Shown: in pieces, positions 46,723 through 58,048 of the stretch
Layout: every line of letters starts with the position of its first letter
Position numbering within the stretch: the first letter of the stretch is position 1
NCBI GenBank assembly: GCA_963850905.1
Contig: CAWKMU010000003.1
Span: forward strand, 416,001 to 480,000
Length of the DNA: 64,000 nucleotides
Direction: 5' to 3'
Source of the DNA: an uncultured Gemmatimonadales bacterium
GTDB taxonomy: Bacteria > Gemmatimonadota > Gemmatimonadetes > Gemmatimonadales > Gemmatimonadaceae
Program-made: the position numbers and the translations under genes
The notes under the pieces: model-generated
What the model saw: only the letters and a program-made list of their open reading frames with translations
Told to the model about the DNA's origin: nothing
Database searches by the model: none

Positions 46723-49524
46723 CAGTCCTTCTTTGCCATTAACTGCCTCAACACATACAGCAAAATCCCCCCGTGCCGATAATACGCCAGCTCTTCCGGC
46801 GTATCGACACGAGTGACGACGGGGAAACGCTGCTCGCGGCCCTGTGCATCGCGCAAACGCACGGTGAGACGGGCACGCGGACGCATCGCATCGGTGAGTC
46901 CCTCAATGTCGTACGTCTCGAAGCCAGTGAGGTTCAGCGTTTGACGCGTCGCCCCATCCACGAACTCCAGTGGCAGAATGCCCATGCCCACGAGGTTCGA
47001 TCGGTGGATGCGTTCGAAGGATTCGGCGATCACCGCGCGCACACCCAGCAAACGGGGACCCTTCGCCGCCCAGTCGCGTGAAGACCCCGTGCCGTACTCC
47101 TTGCCCGCAATGACGATCAACGGCGTCTTGGTGCGCTCATAGCCGACCGCCGCATCGTAGATCGACACTGGACTCCCCGACGGATCGGTGCGCGTCCACC
47201 ATCCTTCGGTCCCGGGTGCCAGCTCGTTGCGCAACCGGATGTTGCCGAATGTCCCGCGCACCATCACCTCATCGTTCCCACGCCGCGCGCCGTACGAATT
47301 GAAGTTTTCCTGCGGCACGCCGTGCGCGATCAGCCACTGGCCCGCCGGGCTCTTGGCCGGAATCGATCCTGCGGGCGAGATGTGATCGGTCGTGATGGAA
47401 TCGCCCAGCAGCGCCAGCACGCGCGCGTCGGTGATCGCCGTGACGCCCGGCGGCGTCAGCGTCATGTCATCGAAGTAGGGCGGGTGCTTGACGTACGTCG
47501 ATGTGTTGTCCCACGCGTAGCGATCTCCGGCTGGCACCGGCAGGCCGCGCCACCGTTCGTCGCCTTCAAACACATTGCCGTACTGCCGCACGAACATCTC
47601 CACGCTTGACCGATCGGAGCATTTCGGTCTCGACGTCGCGCGGACTCGGCCAGATGTCGCGCAAGAACACCGGCCCCGCCGCCCCGACGCCCAGCGGCTC
47701 CGTCGTCACATCGATGTCCATACGGCCGGCGAGGGCGTAGGCGACGACGAGTGGTGGCGAGGCGAGGTAGTTGAAACGGGTCAGCGGGTTGACGCGACCC
47801 TCGAAGTTGCGATTGCCCGACAACACGGCGGCAACAACCAGCTGGTTTGCCTCGACGGCGTCCGCGACTGGCTGCGCCAACGGCCCCGAATTACCGATGC
47901 AGGTCGTACACCCGTAGCCCACGACGTTGAAGCCCAGCGTCGCGAGCGGCTCGAGGACATTCGCCTGCCGCAAGTAGTCCGTCACGACCTTGGAGCCCGG
48001 CGCGAGACTGGTCTTGACCCACGGCTTGACCGCGAGGCCGGCGGCGACCGCGTTGCGCGCCAGCATCCCCGCGGCCAGCATGACGGACGGGTTGGACGTG
48101 TTGGTACAGCTCGTGATCGCCGCGATCACCACGTCACCGTGATGCAGCGAGAACCGCTTCCCGCCGAGCTCACACGGTACACCGTCGCCCGAATGCTGCG
48201 GCTGCCCGCCGCCTTCCGTGTCTTCGCGCATCACCGCCCGCTGCACCTCGGGACCCGCTTCGGCGAAGGCGACTGCAGGCTGTCGCTTGCTCGATGCCGC
48301 GCCGCTCAACTTCTCCAACTCGGCGTTCAGCGCATCCCGAAACATCGTCTTCGCTCGCCCGAGCGGTACGCGATCCTGTGGGCGCTTCGGTCCGGCGAGG
48401 CTCGGCTCGACGCTGCCCAGGTCGAGCGCCAATGTGTCGGCGAAGACGGGGTCCTGCATCGCGTCTGTGCGAAACAGCCCCTGCATCTTGCAGTAGGCCT
48501 CGACCAGCTGCACCTGAGGCTCCGGCCGACCCGTCAACCGAAGGTACGCGAGCGTCTCGTCGTCGACGGGGAAAAACCCCATCGTGGCCCCGTACTCTGG
48601 CGCCATGTTGGCGATCGTCGCCCGGTCCGCCAGCGAGAGGCTGGACAATCCGGCGCCGTAGAATTCGACGAACTTGCCGACGACCTTCTTCTGTCGGAGC
48701 ATCTGCGTGACCGTGAGCACGAGATCAGTCGCGCTCGCCCCGGGCGGCAACTTGCCGTGGAGTCTGAAGCCGACGACCTCTGGCACGAGCAGCGACAGCG
48801 GCTGGCCGAGCATCGCCGCCTCGGCCTCGATGCCTCCCACACCCCAGCCAAACACGCCAAGTCCGTTGATCATCGTCGTGTGCGAGTCCGTGCCGACGAG
48901 CGAATCCGGATACGCGACGACGCTGCCGTTCACGCGACTCGTGAACACTACGGGAGCCAGGTACTCGAGATTGACCTGGTGCACGATGCCGGTGTCCGGC
49001 GGGACGACGCGGAAGTTGCGAAATGCCGTTTGGCCCCACCGCAGAAAGGCGTACCGCTCCTGGTTGCGTTCGAATTCGAGGCGGGCGTTGATGAGAAACG
49101 CGGCATCGGAGCCGTATTCGTCCACCTGGACCGAGTGATCGATCACCAGGTCGACAGGCTGGAGCGGATTGATACGGGTAGGATCGCCACCCAAACGAGC
49201 TATCGCATCGCGCATTGCCGCGAGATCCACCACCGCCGGGACGCCGGTGAAGTCCTGGAGCAGGACGCGGCTCGTGCGGAAGGCGATCTCTCGGTCGGCA
49301 GGCCGTCGGACATCCCACGTTGCGAGCGCTTCGATGTCTGCGCGCTTGACGAACGACCCGTCCTCATTGCGGAGGAGATTCTCGAGCAGGATTTTCAGGC
49401 TGAACGGCAGTCGATCCAGGGTCGATCCAGGGACGCTGCGCACCGCATCGAGGCGATACGCGACATACGACTCGCCGCCAACATCGAGGGTCGTGCGGCT
49501 GTGAAATGAGTCGAGATTTGCCAT
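46722..49524 (-). CDS. acnA: Aconitate hydratase A (one +1 frameshift near 47602)
   Basis: [57 protein letters not shown]. Confidence 0.95.
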
Positions 49525-49589
49525 GCCTGCAAGATAATAGATTCGTCGGACCGACCATCCCTTTTGGTACCTCCGTCATCCGTTGCATA

Positions 49590-50615
49590 ATGCCAACGCT
49601 CCCGCCGCTCGACGTTAGCACATTGACATTCGATCTCGTCCGCATCCCCTCGATCAGCGGAACAGAAGGGGAAGTCGTCGGCGCGGTCGAGAAACTGCTG
49701 CGCGAGCGGGCGTGGTCGGTGCAACGGATCGCCGTGTCGCCGGGACGCGACGACCTGTGGGCGACAGCCTGCGACGCGCCGCTCGTGACCTTGTCGACGC
49801 ACCTGGACACGGTGCCGCCATATATCCCGCCGCACACCGACGCGGGCCGCCTGTATGGACGCGGCGCGTGCGATGCCAAGGGCATTGCAGCAGCCATGAT
49901 CGTCGCCGCAGAGCGACTGCGGGCTCGCGATGTGCCCGTCGGATTGCTCTTCGTCGTCGGCGAAGAGACCGTGCATGACGGTGCGTTGGCAGCAAATACG
50001 ATGGTCACGACCAGCCGGGTGCTGATCAATGGAGAGCCGACCGAGAGCCGCCTGGCCGTCGGGACCAAGGGTGCGCTGCGCGCGGTCGTGCGCACCACCG
50101 GTCGCGCAGCCCATTCGGCCTATCCGGAGCTCGGACGCTCCGCGACCCGCGAGCTCGTGCATGTGCTCGCCACGCTCGATGACGTCGCTCTTCCGACAGA
50201 CCCAGTATTGGGCGCGACGACGATCAACATTGGCGCCCTCTCCGGCGGCGTCGCTGACAACGTGATCGCGCCCTGGGCCGAAGCACGCCTGATGATTCGG
50301 CTCGTCAGTGATGCTGGCGACGTCCAAGCTCGATTGCGCGGCTGGGCGGAGCCGCGTGCCACGATCGAATTTGCGGCCATGGTGCCGCCCGTGCACTTAC
50401 ACACGGTCCCCGGTTTCGAGACCGGCGTCGTCGCCTTCGCCACCGACGTGCCGTGCCTCGCCCGCTGGGGCACGCCATACCTGTTCGGTCCAGGTTCGAT
50501 TCACACCGCCCACACCGACGGCGAATACGTCGAGTTGGCCGAGCTCGGGCGCGCAGTGGATGCGTACGAGCGGCTGGCAGACGGGGCTCTGAACAGCGGG
50601 GCTCCGGACCGGTAG
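49590..50615 (+). CDS. M20 family metallo-hydrolase (ArgE/DapE-like)
   Basis: STHLDTVP, GRGACDAKG, VGEE, GEPT, AAHS, GPGSIHTAHT; stop codon lies in a REP. Confidence 0.88.
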   Translation: MPTLPPLDVSTLTFDLVRIPSISGTEGEVVGAVEKLLRERAWSVQRIAVSPGRDDLWATACDAPLVTLSTHLDTVPPYIPPHTDAGRLYGRGACDAKGIAAAMIVAAERLRARDVPVGLLFVVGEETVHDGALAANTMVTTSRVLINGEPTESRLAVGTKGALRAVVRTTGRAAHSAYPELGRSATRELVHVLATLDDVALPTDPVLGATTINIGALSGGVADNVIAPWAEARLMIRLVSDAGDVQARLRGWAEPRATIEFAAMVPPVHLHTVPGFETGVVAFATDVPCLARWGTPYLFGPGSIHTAHTDGEYVELAELGRAVDAYERLADGALNSGAPDR

Positions 50616-50721
50616 GGGCGACGCATTGCGTCGCCCGTTGTTGTCGTTCCCGAATCCGGTGGCTCCGGACCGGTAGGGGCGACGCATTGCGTCGCCCGTT
50701 GTTGTCGTTCCCGAATCCGGT
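50600..50721 (+). repeat. Two exact tandem 61-bp units, each containing a GTAG REP
   Basis: 50600-50660 = 50661-50721; REPs at 50612-50636 and 50673-50697. Confidence 0.9.
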
Positions 50722-50727
50722 GGCTGA

Positions 50728-52392
50728 CTAGTTGACCGACGGCGGCAGCGACGACGATGCACCCGAATCCTTGCTCGCCTGGGGCGCCGGCGCCTTCCCC
50801 CCACTATCCAACCCACTGGTGCCATTCACGCGCGCAGAGAATGCGGCGAAGGACGTGTCGTTCGGCATGGCATTGACGGTGATCTGGCCGGGCAGAAATG
50901 CGTCGCCTGAGCTCTCGAGAGAGACGACGTGTGGCCCGGGATCGACCCGCACGACGAGCGGCGAGAACCCCAACGTGTGGCCATCGATGCGGACACGGGC
51001 GGCACCGCCGTGGACAACGACGCGGATGTAGCCCGGCGCCTCTGCCCCTGGATCGACCGGCGTACCATGCGCCGGAAACAACGTGGGGTCGACCGCCACC
51101 GGCGCTCGCCCAGGCGCGGACGCGCCGCTCGTGGGTGCGTTCGTGTTGTTCAGGTCGAACGTGGTGTCGACGTTCATGATCGAGTCGGCTGGCGCAGCGG
51201 TGCTGTCGGCATGCGCCGCAGTGCTCGGCGCGAGATCGGGCAGTAGATGCGGCCGAAACACGGCGACGAGCCCCACCACGACCGCGATCGCGACAAACGT
51301 CATGGCAATCGCCGCCTTGGTGCCCGCGCTCATGCCTGACGTCGGGATCGGGGCCATCACGATGGGCACCGACGTACGCGTGTTCGCCGTGACGGGACGC
51401 CGCCCGCTGAGCGCCTCGATGAACGCGGTCGACGACGTGAAGCGCGCCGACGAGTTCTTGTGCATCGCCCGCTTGATCGCCAGGTCGACGAACGGCGGCA
51501 GTGACGCCTTGATCGACGACGCGTTGGGGATCTCCGCCGTGAGGTGCAGCTTGAGCAGGTCCTGCACACGAGGCGTCTCAAAGGGCCGGTGGCCGGTCAG
51601 CATCTCGAACGCCATCACCGCGAGCGCGTATTGGTCCGCGCGCGCGTCGATCTCCTCTCCTCGCCACTGCTCCGGCGACATGTACCCTGGCGATCCGATG
51701 ACCGCGCCCGTCGCGAGCGGCGCCTCGTTGACCCCCAAGCCTCGCGCGATCCCGAAGTCGGAGACCATCGCGTGCCCGCTGTCCCCGATCAGGACGTTCG
51801 CAGGCTTGATGTCGCGGTGCACGACTCCCTGACCATGCGCATAGTCCAGCGCGCCCGCCACGTCGCGCAGAATCTCGGTCGCATGGATGAAGTCCAGCGA
51901 GCGGTGACCATCGAGCATGTCCTCGAGCGTGCCGCCGCGGACGAGACGCATGGTGTAATACGCGACCGTGTTGCGTTGGCCCACGGCGAAGATCGGCACG
52001 ACGTTGGGGTGGTCCAGCCGCGCGGCGAGCTTTGCCTCGCGCTCGAACCGCGCGTACGCGTCGGGTGACAACACGGGGTCGAGCGCCAGCACTTTGAGGG
52101 CGACCTCGCGGTCGAGCGCGAGTTCCAGCGCGCGAAACACGATGCCCATGCCGCCGCGACCCATCAGTTCGATCAGCCGGTACGAGTCCCCGATGGCCTC
52201 TTGCAACCGAAGCCGGATGCGCTCGGCTTGCTCCGCGGCGTTGGGGCCGCTCGGAGTCGCGCCGCATCGGGGACACGTCGCCGCGCCCGTGGCCATCGAT
52301 GCCCCGCACCGCGTGCATGCCCCAGAGACCCCTGCGGGCGTCGTGACGGCCGCCGGCGAGGCATCTCGAGGGTTGCTTTGACTCCCGGTCAC
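50728..52392 (-). CDS. Hanks-type Ser/Thr protein kinase with N-terminal Zn ribbon, TM helix and PEGA-like domain
   Basis: CTRC..CPRC, GRGGMG, VALK, HRDIKPAN, DFG, YMSPE; VRIDG...PGPHVV. Confidence 0.92.
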   Translation of the reverse strand: MTGSQSNPRDASPAAVTTPAGVSGACTRCGASMATGAATCPRCGATPSGPNAAEQAERIRLRLQEAIGDSYRLIELMGRGGMGIVFRALELALDREVALKVLALDPVLSPDAYARFEREAKLAARLDHPNVVPIFAVGQRNTVAYYTMRLVRGGTLEDMLDGHRSLDFIHATEILRDVAGALDYAHGQGVVHRDIKPANVLIGDSGHAMVSDFGIARGLGVNEAPLATGAVIGSPGYMSPEQWRGEEIDARADQYALAVMAFEMLTGHRPFETPRVQDLLKLHLTAEIPNASSIKASLPPFVDLAIKRAMHKNSSARFTSSTAFIEALSGRRPVTANTRTSVPIVMAPIPTSGMSAGTKAAIAMTFVAIAVVVGLVAVFRPHLLPDLAPSTAAHADSTAAPADSIMNVDTTFDLNNTNAPTSGASAPGRAPVAVDPTLFPAHGTPVDPGAEAPGYIRVVVHGGAARVRIDGHTLGFSPLVVRVDPGPHVVSLESSGDAFLPGQITVNAMPNDTSFAAFSARVNGTSGLDSGGKAPAPQASKDSGASSSLPPSVN

Positions 52393-52624
52393 AAGGCTCC
52401 GCTAGGCGAAGTCGCCGACCCACCCCTCGCGCGATCGTCGCGAGCGGCCGTCGGCTCTGTTTTCCTCAACCGCTTGACGGCCTCAGCAGAAGGGACGTCA
52501 CGGCCCCTTTTCGGTCAGATTGACTGAACTAACGCCTTGTCTACTTTCTACTTTCTGACCCCCTACTTTCTCCGGCGCGAAGCGCTGGCCCCGGGTTCCG
52601 AAGGCGTCCTAAACCACCACCGTA

Positions 52625-53980
52625 TTGCTCCCTCCTCGCCACCTGCTGGCCGACCTGTACACCGCCGCGATCGCCGGCGCACTACCAGAAACGGCCACGC
52701 GGACTGCCGTCGTGGGACTCGAGCTCCCACACTCGACCCGCGTGCACATCATCGGGATCGGAAAGGCCGCCATGCCGATGGCCGCGGGCGCGACGTCCGC
52801 ACTCGCAGAAACTGGCGCCACGCTCGTCGGTGGCGTACTCGTCGCCCCGCCGCCTGCGATCCCCGCACCGGACCCATCGCTCCGCGTAGCGGTGGGTGAT
52901 CACCCAATCCCGGCCGCGCGATCCGAAGCGGCGGCAGCGGTGATCGCCGACACCGCATCCCTGGTACGACCAGACGAGTGCGTCCTCGCCCTGATCTCGG
53001 GCGGTGGCTCGAGTCTCGCGGCCGCGCCGGCGCCCGAGGTACCCGGGCTGACGCAGCCGGACTTGAGTGCATTGTACGAGGCGCTGCTCGCTTCGGGCGC
53101 CGACATCCATCTGGTCAACGCCGTGCGCAAGCGATTCGTGCGCTGGACGGGAGGCCGGCTCGCCATCGCGCTCGCCCCGGCCCGCGTGCAGTGCCTCGCC
53201 GTATCCGATATCCCCGGCGATGATGTGGGCATGATCAGCTCAGGCCCCTGCGTCGCGGATCCCGAGCGGGCCGGCACGCTCGTCACCGCTCTGCAGTCGA
53301 GTGGCGTGTGGTCATGGCTCCCGCGATTCGCTCAACGACACCTGGACGACGTAGCACACGGTCGTGCTCCGGAGACACCCAAGCCGGATGCGCCGGCGTT
53401 TCGGCACGTCCGCGCGCGAGTGATCGTGAGCAATCGTCATGCACTGGAAGCCGCGGCCGCGCGCGCCCGTGCGGCGGGCATCGATGACGTGACGATCGAG
53501 CCGACGCCGCTCACCGGCGAAGCGGCGATCGCGGGAGTCCGCACCGCCAGCGATCTCATTGCGCGGCGCAAACGCGCCCGGGGACCTCGCGTCACCCGAT
53601 GCGTGCTATGGGGTGGCGAAACCACCGTCACGATACGCGATGCGGCCGGACATCCCGCGCCGCTCACCGAGCAATCGCTCGGCGGACGGAGTCAGGAGCT
53701 CGCCCTCGCGGCTGCGAGGTCGCTCGCCGACGCCGGCGAGCCGGCAGAAGGAATCACGATCCTTGCCGCGGGCACCGATGGACGGGACGGGCCGACCGAC
53801 GCGGCGGGCGCCATCATCGACAGTGCGACCTGGTCGGCCATTGCGGCCGCGGGTCGTGATCCGGCCACCGACCTGGCAGAGCACAACGCGTATCGTGCGC
53901 TCGACGCGGCGAAGGTCCTGCTGCGCCCCGGCCTCACCGGCACGAATGTGATGGATCTCGTGATCGGGCTACTTTTGTAA
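52625..53980 (+). CDS. Glycerate kinase type 2 (DUF4147/MOFRL)
   Basis: GIGKAA, HPIP, LISGGGSSL, GGETTV, GGRSQE, GTDGRDGPT, TGTNVMD. Confidence 0.9.
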   Translation: MLPPRHLLADLYTAAIAGALPETATRTAVVGLELPHSTRVHIIGIGKAAMPMAAGATSALAETGATLVGGVLVAPPPAIPAPDPSLRVAVGDHPIPAARSEAAAAVIADTASLVRPDECVLALISGGGSSLAAAPAPEVPGLTQPDLSALYEALLASGADIHLVNAVRKRFVRWTGGRLAIALAPARVQCLAVSDIPGDDVGMISSGPCVADPERAGTLVTALQSSGVWSWLPRFAQRHLDDVAHGRAPETPKPDAPAFRHVRARVIVSNRHALEAAAARARAAGIDDVTIEPTPLTGEAAIAGVRTASDLIARRKRARGPRVTRCVLWGGETTVTIRDAAGHPAPLTEQSLGGRSQELALAAARSLADAGEPAEGITILAAGTDGRDGPTDAAGAIIDSATWSAIAAAGRDPATDLAEHNAYRALDAAKVLLRPGLTGTNVMDLVIGLLL

Positions 53981-53983
53981 GCC

Positions 53984-54901
53984 ATGCACCGCGCGTTCAC
54001 GATCGGACTCGTCCAGGCCTCTGTCACCGCCGACGCCGCAGCCAACGTCCGGGACGCCGTGGCGCGCGTTCGCGAGGCGGCATCGCGTGGCGCCCAGATC
54101 ATCTGCCTGCAGGAGCTGTTCAATTCGCTCTACTTCTGCCAGGCGCAGAAGGGTGAACGATTCGACCTCGCCGAACCCATCCCGGGACCGACCACCGCGG
54201 CGATGCAGACACTCGCACGCGAGCTCGGCGTGGTGCTCATCGTGCCACTGTTCGAGCGCCAAGCTGCCGGCGTCTATCGCAACTCGGCCGCCATCATCGA
54301 CGCCGACGGTGCATTGCTCGGCGTCTATCGCAAGATGCACATCCCGGACGATCCCCTGTTCTACGAGAAGTACTACTTCACACCCGGCGACGCGACACAA
54401 GACGAGCGAGGGACCACGCCCGGCGGCGCAGGTGGGTTTCGCGTCTGGGAGACGCGCTTCGCGCGCGTGGGCGTCATGATCTGTTGGGACCAGTGGTATC
54501 CCGAGGCCGCACGCATCACGAGCTTACTCGGCGCCGAGATCCTGTTCTATCCGACCGCCATCGGGTGGCACCCCGCGGAGAAGGCGCAGTTTGGCGCGGA
54601 CCAGGTCAACGCATGGCAGACCATCCAGCGCGGGCACGCGATCGCGAACGGCGTCTATGTCGCGGCGCCCAATCGCGTCGGTCACGAGCCGGAGCCCGGA
54701 ACCGACGGACTCGAGTTCTTCGGTCACTCGTTCGTCAGCGACCCGTTCGGGCGCGTCATCGCGGAGGCAGGGACCAAGCCGGAGGTCATCGTCGCGACCT
54801 GCGATACCGCCGTCATCGAGGACACACGACGGAATTGGCCATTCTTCCGTGACCGGCGCATCGACGCGTACCAACCAATCCTCGGTCGATATCTTGGCTG
54901 A
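53984..54901 (+). CDS. aguB: Carbon-nitrogen hydrolase, likely N-carbamoylputrescine amidase
   Basis: LQELF, YRKMHIPDDP.FYEKYYFTPG, ICWDQWYPE; adjacent to agmatine deiminase. Confidence 0.85.
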   Translation: MHRAFTIGLVQASVTADAAANVRDAVARVREAASRGAQIICLQELFNSLYFCQAQKGERFDLAEPIPGPTTAAMQTLARELGVVLIVPLFERQAAGVYRNSAAIIDADGALLGVYRKMHIPDDPLFYEKYYFTPGDATQDERGTTPGGAGGFRVWETRFARVGVMICWDQWYPEAARITSLLGAEILFYPTAIGWHPAEKAQFGADQVNAWQTIQRGHAIANGVYVAAPNRVGHEPEPGTDGLEFFGHSFVSDPFGRVIAEAGTKPEVIVATCDTAVIEDTRRNWPFFRDRRIDAYQPILGRYLG

Positions 54902-55961
54902 CCTGGAGACGCGGGCCCGGCGTCGCATGCCGGCCGAGTGGGAGCCGCATGCCGCAACGTGGATTAGCTGGCCCCATCACGAGCCGGACTGGCCGGGCAA
55001 GCTCGATGCCGTGGGCTGGGTCTACGCGGAGATCGTGCGCGTGCTCGCGCCGCACGAGCGGGTGGAAGTGCTCGTGCTGGATGAGAGCATCGAGGACCAG
55101 GCCCGCACAGCGCTGACCGCGCACGGGGTCCCGGCGGATCGCCATCGGCTGCACCGCGTGCCGACCGACCGGGGATGGCTCCGCGACACCGCTCCGGCCG
55201 GCGTGCTCCGCGACAGTGGCGCAGTGGAGCTCGTGGCGTGGCGGTTCAACGCGTGGGCAAAATACGACAACTTCACGCAGGACCAGGGCGTGCCCGCGGC
55301 CATCGCTCGGATCGCCCAGTTGCGTGTCGTCGATGCCGTGCGACCGGACAGCCAGGGACCCGCGATCCTCGAGGGCGGTGCCATCGATGTCAATGGCGAG
55401 GGTGTGCTGCTCACCACGGAAGAGTGTCTCCTGTCGGATGTGCAGCTGCGCAACCCGGGGCTGACCCGCGACGGCTACGAGCAGCTGTTCCGCGAATACC
55501 TCGGCGTGCGGCAGACCATTTGGCTGGGTGACGGATGTGTGGGCGACGACACGCACGGTCACGTCGACGACATCGCACGATTCGTGGCGCCCGACGTGGT
55601 CGTGTTGGCGTCAGAGCCAGACCCCGCCGACGACAACCATCGCTCGTCCGAAGACAATCGGCGTCGATTGGAGCTCGCCGGTGGCGACGACGGCGCCTTT
55701 CGCATCGTCGACCTGCCCTATCCCAGACCCGTGATGATGGAAGGCCACCGCCTCCCGGCGAGCTATCTCAACTTCTACATCGCGAACGGGGTCGTGCTGG
55801 TACCGACCTTCAACGACCCACAGGACCGGATCGCGCTAACGACGCTCACGGAGCTGATGCCCAATCGACGGGTGGTCGGCATCCACGCGGTCGACCTGGT
55901 GTGGGGGTTCGGTACGATCCACTGCTTGACGCAACAGCAGCCCGAGGGCGAGACGGCGTGA
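54894..55961 (+). CDS. aguA: Agmatine deiminase family protein
   Basis: MPAEWEPH, WLRD, LEGG, DDTHGHVDD, ASYLNFY, GTIHCLTQQ. Confidence 0.9.
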   Translation: MADLETRARRRMPAEWEPHAATWISWPHHEPDWPGKLDAVGWVYAEIVRVLAPHERVEVLVLDESIEDQARTALTAHGVPADRHRLHRVPTDRGWLRDTAPAGVLRDSGAVELVAWRFNAWAKYDNFTQDQGVPAAIARIAQLRVVDAVRPDSQGPAILEGGAIDVNGEGVLLTTEECLLSDVQLRNPGLTRDGYEQLFREYLGVRQTIWLGDGCVGDDTHGHVDDIARFVAPDVVVLASEPDPADDNHRSSEDNRRRLELAGGDDGAFRIVDLPYPRPVMMEGHRLPASYLNFYIANGVVLVPTFNDPQDRIALTTLTELMPNRRVVGIHAVDLVWGFGTIHCLTQQQPEGETA

Positions 55962-56464
55962 GCGTCGCCAGGGCGGCGGGAATGGCCTGGTGGATCGCGC
56001 TGTTGCTCGGCACGGCCGCGACGCGCGTGAGCGCGCAGGTGCACACGATCGCCAACCTGGTGGTCGGAGACGCCGTCGTGGTGGTGCAGGCGTCCTCCGA
56101 CAAGCAAGTGTACATCGGCGTGGGCACGGATACGCGCACGTCCACTGTCACCGCGAGTGCAACAGCAGTCGACGAATTCGTTGCCGAATGTGAAGCAATT
56201 GTTCGTCTCGGTGCACAACCGATACCCACGCACACAATCGATCGACCCGTCTTACAGGAAGGCGCCACCGGCCGATCCCTGTCTCTCACGCGGCAAATCG
56301 AGAAGCAGCACAGGGTTTCGGTGGTGAGCTATCACTTCTATGTTTCGGACGCGCGCCTCACCGGGTACGTCGTACCGGCGACGCCAGAGGAAACGAAAGC
56401 GGTGCTCCTGGCATTGCATCGGGCCGCAAGAGCGGCCGCTCCCGCGCACCCCAGTAAGAAATAG
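55958..56464 (+). CDS. Hypothetical secreted protein
   Basis: GTGA overlap with aguA, signal peptide VSA|Q. Confidence 0.6.
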   Translation: MSVARAAGMAWWIALLLGTAATRVSAQVHTIANLVVGDAVVVVQASSDKQVYIGVGTDTRTSTVTASATAVDEFVAECEAIVRLGAQPIPTHTIDRPVLQEGATGRSLSLTRQIEKQHRVSVVSYHFYVSDARLTGYVVPATPEETKAVLLALHRAARAAAPAHPSKK

Positions 56465-56512
56465 GGACCTGCACGACGCGGCACCGACCGCACATAATCG
56501 GTGCATCGGCGG

Positions 56513-56536
56513 GTAGGGGCGACGCATGCGTCGCCC
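56513..56536 (+). repeat. GTAG-type REP
   Basis: GTAGGGGCGACGCATGCGTCGCCC. Confidence 0.85.
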
Positions 56537-56830
56537 GCCACGGTGCCACCGACGCACGTAGCACCTGCGTCGCCCGTGGTGGCACTTCTCGCGCTACGGA
56601 CTGTATTGTGATCGTCATCACGAACGCCAACCGCGGGGTGGCCTCCAGGTCCACACCTGCGGTGTGGTGTGCCCTTTCACCGCGGGTGCACATGCAACCG
56701 CGGGCGATGTACGCATCGCCCGACCCGCCCAACAGCAGGATGAGTCGTTGTCTTCGTTCTCCGTTCTCCGCTCGCCGTTCGCACGCACTGCACACGCGTG
56801 GCGCCACATGGCCTCAATCGTCGCTCACCG

Positions 56831-58021
56831 ATGATCGCCGCGCTGACGTTCGTGTTCGCGGTTCAGGTGCGGGACTCTGTCCGGCCAGCCGCGACACCTG
56901 CCTGGCCCACCACGATCGACCGTGTTGTCCAACGCGGGGTGACGGCCGGTGGGTATCCCGGTGCGGCCGTCATCGTCGGCCGTCGGGACACGATTCTGCT
57001 CGCGCATGGCTATGGGCGACTGGGATGGGTCGAGGACGCTGGGCGAGTGGATCCCGCGACCACCATGTACGACCTCGCGTCGCTGACCAAGCCACTCGCG
57101 ACGACCGTGGCTGCGATGGTGTTGTACGACCACGGACGATTGGATCTGGATGCCCCGGTGTCTCGGTATCTGCCGCAGTGGCGTGGGGGCGGCCGCGAGC
57201 ACGTCACCGTACGCGACCTGTTGACGCATCGATCGGGACTGCCGGCAGGACGGGACCTCTGGGAGGCCGCACGGTCGCCCAGCGCGGCGCGCCGGGCCGT
57301 GTTGGAGACGCCGCTCGAGCTGCCCCCGGACCACCGGTTCATTTACTCGGATCTGGGCGCGGACGTCCTGGGTTTCGTGATCGAGGCCATCGCCCATGAG
57401 CCACTCGACGTGTTCCTCGCGCGCGGGGTGTACAAACCACTCGGCCTTCGCCACACCAGGTTTCGACCGGGTTCGGGCGATCTGACGCATGTGGCGTGGA
57501 CGGACGCACCACATGGAGTGGTCAACGACCGCAATGCTGCAGCACTCGGCGGTGTCGCCGGCCACGCGGGCCTCTTCGCCTCGGCTGGCGATGTGGCCGT
57601 GCTCGCGCAGATGATGCTGAACGGTGGCACCTATCACGGCGTGCGGGTGGTCAGCGACACGACGGTCGCACGCTTCACCACTCGTACCATCGGGACGCGT
57701 GCCCTCGGTTGGGATACCTGCGCCGGTGGCGCGAGCTGCGGTCAGTTCATGGGCGTTCGCGGTTACGGTCACACGGGCTACACGGGCACATCAGTGTGGA
57801 TCGACCCTGAGCACGACGTTTTCATCATCGTGCTCGCGAACTGGGCCGCCGGAAACCACATGCACCCCGCAGGCCCGATAGCGATCCTTGACGACGTTCG
57901 CGCCGATGTCGCAGACCTCGCCGAAGCCGCGGTCGCATCCGGCGCCGCCGGACATGTACCGGCCCCCGCGCGCGTCGCACTCCGCTCGGACGGTGAGCGC
58001 GGCTGGGCAAGCGGGAAATAG
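56831..58021 (+). CDS. Serine hydrolase, beta-lactamase class C/esterase family
   Basis: DLASLTK (SxxK), LLTHRSGL, YSD, GHAGLF, GHTGYTG. Confidence 0.9.
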   Translation: MIAALTFVFAVQVRDSVRPAATPAWPTTIDRVVQRGVTAGGYPGAAVIVGRRDTILLAHGYGRLGWVEDAGRVDPATTMYDLASLTKPLATTVAAMVLYDHGRLDLDAPVSRYLPQWRGGGREHVTVRDLLTHRSGLPAGRDLWEAARSPSAARRAVLETPLELPPDHRFIYSDLGADVLGFVIEAIAHEPLDVFLARGVYKPLGLRHTRFRPGSGDLTHVAWTDAPHGVVNDRNAAALGGVAGHAGLFASAGDVAVLAQMMLNGGTYHGVRVVSDTTVARFTTRTIGTRALGWDTCAGGASCGQFMGVRGYGHTGYTGTSVWIDPEHDVFIIVLANWAAGNHMHPAGPIAILDDVRADVADLAEAAVASGAAGHVPAPARVALRSDGERGWASGK

Positions 58022-58048
58022 GGGCACTCCAACTGCCGGGCCGGCATT

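Noticed and set aside
47575..49509. Long antisense ORFs (also 62106-63959, 5448-6353, 40455-41786)
   Set aside because: Shadows of real genes on the opposite strand, common at high GC, with no recognisable motifs
50600..50721. Possible CRISPR array
   Set aside because: Only two units, the 'spacers' are identical, the palindrome is a dispersed REP, and no cas genes are present
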